From the NCBI GenBank assembly GCA_038320275.1, contig JBBQEB010000103.1:1-13785 (forward strand): a DNA stretch of 13,785 nucleotides, written 5' to 3'. Below are positions 9,840-13,785 of the stretch, in pieces; within the stretch, counting starts at the first letter, position 1; each line of letters starts with the position of its first letter. The translations under genes and the position numbers were made by a program. The stretch is from Myxococcales bacterium (GTDB lineage: Bacteria; Myxococcota; Myxococcia; Myxococcales; Anaeromyxobacteraceae). The notes below the pieces were generated by a model. That model had not been told where the DNA came from. It saw only the letters and a program-made list of their open reading frames with translations, and did not search any database.

Positions 9840-11084
9840 ATGGCTGTCCTGCCCCTCCTGCTTCTCGCGCTCGCAGCTCCGCCGCCCTCCGTCGCCGTCC
9901 TCGGGCTGGAGTCCGGCTCGGGGGCCCGTGCCCACGAGGCCGTGGCGTCGGCCATCGACGACCGCGACGACCTGAACCTCGTCTCGACCAGGGCCTGGCT
10001 CGCGGGCGCCCGGCGCGGCGGGCTCCGAGGCCAGGCAGCGCTCGCGCCGGCCGCGATCCCCAAGGTTGCGCCGCTCGCCCGGGCGGACGCGGTCCTGGTG
10101 CTCTCGCTGGTGGGGAAGGGCAGGGCGAGACAGGTCCACGCCGCGCTCATGGATCCCGGAGGACGCGAACTGTGGGCCTCCGACGCGCCGCTCGTGCGCG
10201 GCGCGGTCACGGAGGAGGTTTCGATGGAGCTCGCCGGGCGAGTCGCGGCGTCCCTCCAGCCGGCTCCCCCCAGGCCCGCGGCGCCGCCGCCCGCAGCCGA
10301 GCCGGTTCCGCTCCCGCCCGTGCCGCCGGCCGCGCCGCCACCCGCGCCGGCACCCGCCCCGCTCGCCGCCCTCGAGGCGGCACCGCTCCGGATCGCGCTG
10401 GGCGTGCCGCTCACCTGGCGGAGCCAGTCGCTCGGCCCCGCCGCCACCCCGCTCGAATACCGAACGAACACCCCGTACCTGGGCGTCGCGCTCGACCTCG
10501 CCCTCGCGCCCATGCGGCTGCGCGAGGGTACCCGGGCTCCGGGCTGGGCCCAGCCGCTCGAGCTCGACCTCCAGCTCTCCCAGCGCTTCCTGTCGTCGAA
10601 GCTCCCCGACGGCCGCAGTCTCGGTTCGAGCGAGGGCCGCGCCAGCCTCGACCTCGTCGCGCCGGTGACGCTCGCCACCCGCACCCGGCTCGATGCGCGC
10701 GTTGGCTACGGCTTCCACCGCTTCTCCATCGACTCGAACCCTTACCTCCCGGCCTCCAGCCGCCGGGGTCTGCGGCTGGGCCTCGACGCCACGCAGCCGC
10801 TGACGCGCTGGCTCGCCATCGAGGCGGGCGTGCGCTACATGCCGTGGATGAGCCCTGGGGGGGACGAGAAGGCAGCCTTCGGCGAGACCGCCAGCGGCCA
10901 TGGCCTCGAGCTCGTCGCGGGGGTGCGCGGTCCGCTCGCCTTTGCGCGCGGCCTCGGCTGGAGCGCCGCCTACGACTACCTTCGCTTCTCCGACACGTAC
11001 TCCGGGCCCGCGGCGATCCTCCCGGGAGAGGGCGCGACCACGGGCTATCATGCGGCCGTGCTCTCGCTCACCTACGACCGCTAG
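9840..11084 (+). CDS. Hypothetical exported protein: N-terminal alpha/beta domain, Pro-rich linker, probable C-terminal outer-membrane beta-barrel
   Basis: Hydrophobic N-terminus MAVLPLLLLALAA; PAPPRPAAPPP linker; amphipathic strands (RLDARVGYGF, LRLGLDATQP, LAIEAGVRY, GWSAAYDY) and terminal VLSLTYDR. Confidence 0.7.
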   Translation: MAVLPLLLLALAAPPPSVAVLGLESGSGARAHEAVASAIDDRDDLNLVSTRAWLAGARRGGLRGQAALAPAAIPKVAPLARADAVLVLSLVGKGRARQVHAALMDPGGRELWASDAPLVRGAVTEEVSMELAGRVAASLQPAPPRPAAPPPAAEPVPLPPVPPAAPPPAPAPAPLAALEAAPLRIALGVPLTWRSQSLGPAATPLEYRTNTPYLGVALDLALAPMRLREGTRAPGWAQPLELDLQLSQRFLSSKLPDGRSLGSSEGRASLDLVAPVTLATRTRLDARVGYGFHRFSIDSNPYLPASSRRGLRLGLDATQPLTRWLAIEAGVRYMPWMSPGGDEKAAFGETASGHGLELVAGVRGPLAFARGLGWSAAYDYLRFSDTYSGPAAILPGEGATTGYHAAVLSLTYDR

Positions 11085-11804
11085 ATGCGCTCACTCTCCG
11101 ACAAGAGCGCCTTGGTGGTGGGCGCGGGCGGGCTGGGCGGCCCGGCGCTGCTGACGCTGGCGTCGGCAGGGGTAGGGCGTATCACCTTCCTGGACGACGA
11201 CGCGGTGGAGAGCTCGAACCTCCAGCGGCAGCCGCTCTTCGGGGAGGCCGACGTCGGCCAGCGCAAGGCGACCGCCGCCGCGGCGCGCCTCGCCCGCCGC
11301 TTTCCCACCCTTGCTCTCGAGCCGCTCGACCGCCGCTTCGACGCGGCCAACGCGGCGGAGCTCGTCGCGCGCCACGACGTGCTGGTGGATGGTTCGGACA
11401 ACTTCGCCACCCGCTTCCTCGCCAACGACGCCGCGCTCGCCGCGGGCAAGCCGCTCGTGCATGGCGCCGTGCTGCGAACCACGGCCCAGCTCCTGACGGT
11501 GCTTCCCGGGAAGACCGGGTGCCTGCGCTGCCTGTTCGAGGGCCCGCCGCCGGAGGGCGCGGTCCCGAGCTGCGCCGAAGCAGGCGTGCTGGGCCCTATC
11601 GCGGGCCTCGCCGGCGCGCTCCTTGGGACCGAGGCAGTCCGCGTCCTCCTCGGCGAGCGCGGGTCGTACTCGGGTAGGCTGCTCGTGTACGAGGCGCGCA
11701 CCGGCAGGTCGCGCACGGTGGCCGTCCCCCGGCGCGAGGGGTGCCCGGGCTGCGCGCTCGCCCCGCCCGCCTCCGCGGCGCGGGCCGACGAGGCCGGCGC
11801 ATGA
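11085..11804 (+). CDS. ThiF/MoeB/HesA family E1-like adenylyltransferase, copy A (catalytic motifs intact, N-terminal RYxRQ segment absent)
   Basis: VVGAGGLG, DDDAVESSNLQRQ, GQRKA, DGSDNFATR, GCLRCLF, PSCAEAGVLG, CPGC. Confidence 0.93.
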   Translation: MRSLSDKSALVVGAGGLGGPALLTLASAGVGRITFLDDDAVESSNLQRQPLFGEADVGQRKATAAAARLARRFPTLALEPLDRRFDAANAAELVARHDVLVDGSDNFATRFLANDAALAAGKPLVHGAVLRTTAQLLTVLPGKTGCLRCLFEGPPPEGAVPSCAEAGVLGPIAGLAGALLGTEAVRVLLGERGSYSGRLLVYEARTGRSRTVAVPRREGCPGCALAPPASAARADEAGA

Positions 11805-12067
11805 TCGCGGCGACGGTCGACATTCGGGGCGTCGCCTGTCCGATGACGTGGGTGCGCACGCGCGTCGCGCTCGACCGGCTCGCCCTCGGCGAGCGGCTGG
11901 AGGTGCTGCTCAGCCGCGGCGAGGGGCTCGAGAACGTTCCCCGCACGGCGGAGGAGGAGGGGCACGCGGTCGCGCTGCGGGAGCCCGTGACCGGGGCCGG
12001 CGAGGGTGACTGGCGCGTCGTGCTGGTGAAGGGCGGGGCTCCGGCGGCGCAGGGGCTGCTTCCCTGA
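11801..12067 (+). CDS. TusA/SirA family sulfurtransferase
   Basis: MIAATVDIRGVACPMTWVRTRVALDRLALGERLEVLL (D-x-RG-xx-CP motif); ATGA overlap with the upstream E1 gene. Confidence 0.9.
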   Translation: MIAATVDIRGVACPMTWVRTRVALDRLALGERLEVLLSRGEGLENVPRTAEEEGHAVALREPVTGAGEGDWRVVLVKGGAPAAQGLLP

Positions 12068-12089
12068 GCGGGCAGAAAGGAGCTCGAAC

Positions 12090-12773
12090 ATGCTCTCCGA
12101 GGTCGAGGTCGCGCGCTATGCGCGTCAGTTGCTGGTGCCCGGGATGGGCGAGAGCACCCAGGAGCTCTTCCGGTCTTCGCGCGTCCACGTCGTGGGGGCG
12201 GGGGAGCTCGCCGGCCCCGCCATGCTGTACCTCGCCGCGGCGGGGGTGGGGACGATCTACGTGGATGACGCGTCGGACGTATCCGCCGAGGATGCGGCGG
12301 CCTGGCTCTACGAGCTGAACCAGGTGGGCGAGTCGAGGCTCTTCGCGGCCGTGGGGGCGCTCAAGGCCGCCACCTCGCTTTCGCGCCCCCGGGCCTACGC
12401 GACCGGCGCCGATCCCAGCGCTGCGCTCATCCTGCCGGAGTCCCCGGGCCTGGCGCGCGAGGCGGCGGAGCGAGCGCGCGCGACGGGGGTGCCGCACGTG
12501 GTGGGCCAGGCCGACGGCGACGGCGGCGAGGTGGTGGCCGTCCCGGTGGGCGCGCCCTGCTTCACCTGTGCAGCGCGCCCGGGCAGCGGGACGCTCCCGC
12601 GACCGGGCGTGGCTGCGGCGCTGGGGGCGCTCGCTGCGAGCGAGCTCTTGCTCATGATCGCCGGCGCGGTGCAGGGGCCGGTGGGGCGCCGCGTCGAGCT
12701 GGTGCTGGGGCGGCCGCGGGCCCGGGCCACGCTGCGCGTCCCTGGCTGCGCCTGCGGCAAGGCGAGCGGCTGA
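12090..12773 (+). CDS. ThiF/MoeB family protein, copy B (degenerate nucleotide-binding site, RYARQ retained)
   Basis: MLSEVEVARYARQLLVPGMGESTQELFRSSRVHVVGAGELA...LAAAGVGTI...APCFTC...PGCAC; strong AAAGGAG RBS; intact reading frame. Confidence 0.85.
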   Translation: MLSEVEVARYARQLLVPGMGESTQELFRSSRVHVVGAGELAGPAMLYLAAAGVGTIYVDDASDVSAEDAAAWLYELNQVGESRLFAAVGALKAATSLSRPRAYATGADPSAALILPESPGLAREAAERARATGVPHVVGQADGDGGEVVAVPVGAPCFTCAARPGSGTLPRPGVAAALGALAASELLLMIAGAVQGPVGRRVELVLGRPRARATLRVPGCACGKASG

Positions 12774-12778
12774 AGGGG

Positions 12779-13237
12779 ATGGACCCGCTCGACGAGGCCG
12801 CAGCGCGGATCGGCCGCCTGGCCGAGCGCGATCCCGGGCGCGAGGTGTGCGGTCTGGTCCTGCGCCGGGGCGCGGCGTCCCTCGAGGTGCTGGAGTTGCC
12901 CAACCGCGCCGCCGACCCGTGCACCGGGTACGCCATGGCGCCGGCCGAACTGCTCCGCGCCGTCGCCGGCGCGGAGCGGGACGGGGGCGGGCTGGCGGCG
13001 GTGTTCCACTCCCATCCCGAAGGCGGCGCTCGCCTCTCGATCGAGGACCTGCGCGCGGCGCTGCACGAAGGGGAGCCGCTCTGGCCGGGCGTGGAGCAGG
13101 TGGTCGTCTCGGTTCGCGGTGGGGTGGCGGCCGAGATCGCCCGATATCGCTTCGAGCGCGGCGCCTTCCGGCGCGTGCCCGCTGCGGGCGGATCGCGGAG
13201 GCGCGAGGCGCCGCGAGGACCCGTTGTCTGGCCGTGA
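12779..13237 (+). CDS. JAB/MPN+ (Mov34, M67) Zn metalloprotease, Mec/QbsD-like
   Basis: REVCGLV (catalytic Glu) and FHSHPEGGARLSIEDL (HxH-x7-S-xx-D). Confidence 0.92.
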   Translation: MDPLDEAAARIGRLAERDPGREVCGLVLRRGAASLEVLELPNRAADPCTGYAMAPAELLRAVAGAERDGGGLAAVFHSHPEGGARLSIEDLRAALHEGEPLWPGVEQVVVSVRGGVAAEIARYRFERGAFRRVPAAGGSRRREAPRGPVVWP

Positions 13238-13251
13238 ATGGCCGCGCGGGT

Positions 13252-13257
13252 TACAAT
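13252..13257 (+). promoter_or_regulatory. Possible -10 box upstream of the cysC-like gene
   Basis: TACAAT in the 71-nt intergenic gap; only a weak -35 (TGGCCG) at 17 nt. Confidence 0.4.
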
Positions 13258-13308
13258 CAGCGGCGCACGCTCCCGACCTCAGCACGGACGCTCCGCCCGG
13301 AGAGACGC

Positions 13309-13785
13309 ATGGACGCGCAGGCGCAGACCGGTTTCATCCTCTGGATCACCGGCATGAACGGCTCCGGAAAGACGTCCCTCGCCCGTCAGCTCCACGGAAA
13401 GCTCGCCGCCGCCGGGCGCCGCGCCGAGCTCATCGACGCCGACGATCCCGCGGAGCTCCTGACCCGAGGTCTCGGCCCGAGCAAGGATGACAGGGAGCTC
13501 GCGGTGCGCAGGGTGGGGCACGTGGCGAAGATGCTGCTGCGGAGCGGCACGGTCGCGGTCTGCGCCTCGCTCTCACCGCAGCGCGACCTGCGCGAGGCCC
13601 TCCGCCGGGAGGCCCGTCGGTTCGTGGAGATCTTCGTCGATTGTCCCATGGAGACGCTGCTCCAGCGCGACCCCATCTACCGCCGGGCGATGGCTGGCGA
13701 GGTCCGGAACGTCCCCGGGGTCGATGACCCGTACGAGCCGCCCACGCATCCCGAGCTCACGGTCCAGACCGACCGGGAGCCGGTC
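13309..13785 (+). CDS. cysC: Adenylyl-sulfate kinase-like protein (3' end outside window)
   Basis: Manually translated: MDAQAQTGFILWITGMNGSGKTSLA...RRVGHVAKML...SLSPQR...FVEIFVDCP...RDP...GVDDPYEPPTHPEL; GGAG RBS upstream. Confidence 0.85.
   Translation, partial: MDAQAQTGFILWITGMNGSGKTSLARQLHGKLAAAGRRAELIDADDPAELLTRGLGPSKDDRELAVRRVGHVAKMLLRSGTVAVCASLSPQRDLREALRREARRFVEIFVDCPMETLLQRDPIYRRAMAGEVRNVPGVDDPYEPPTHPELTVQTDREPV

Noticed and set aside
10255..10370. ccg/gcc-rich low-complexity repeats
   Set aside because: They encode the Pro/Ala linker; no regular repeat-spacer structure, not CRISPR.
9287..10684. N-terminal 466-aa extension of ino1 in the ORF track
   Set aside because: Overlaps two plus-strand genes; a clear AGGAGG plus GTG at 9286 marks the real start.
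11082..11087. Amber read-through fusing the exported protein to E1-A
   Set aside because: No recoding signal recognised, and fusing a putative outer-membrane barrel to a cytoplasmic E1 is topologically implausible.
12090..12773. ThiF copy B as a pseudogene
   Set aside because: Intact frame, strong RBS, and selective retention of RYARQ and Cys ligands argue for function, although this is not proven.
11085..13237. Anti-phage E1/JAB system (CBASS type II, Bil-like)
   Set aside because: No E2, CD-NTase or effector in view; TusA, DsrE and CysC neighbours and host-like composition point to sulfur metabolism.

Overview
Very GC-rich bacterial DNA; gene content and order suggest Myxococcota (Anaeromyxobacter-like), which is an inference. 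Left part, minus strand: FAD-dependent oxidoreductase, a small membrane protein, and a beta-propeller-type lipoprotein that runs off the window and is missing from the ORF track. Diverging from these is the housekeeping block gap-pgk-tpiA-secG, then a small Cys-rich antisense gene and tRNA-Leu(GAG). A convergent ino1-fdxA pair follows. Right part, plus strand: DsrE-like protein, Pro-rich putative outer-membrane protein, ThiF/MoeB-A, TusA-like, ThiF/MoeB-B, JAB/MPN protease and a divergent CysC-like kinase (truncated). The main observation is that the two E1-like genes have complementary defects. Copy A keeps the ATP-binding and catalytic motifs but lacks the N-terminal RYxRQ arginine-finger segment; copy B keeps RYARQ but has lost the ATP-binding motifs. 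This suggests a bacterial heterodimeric E1 analogous to eukaryotic NAE1/UBA3 or SAE1/SAE2. No canonical ThiS/MoaD carrier is visible, but the TusA-like protein has a masked Gly-Gly near its C-terminus. No mobile elements or CRISPR arrays were seen.
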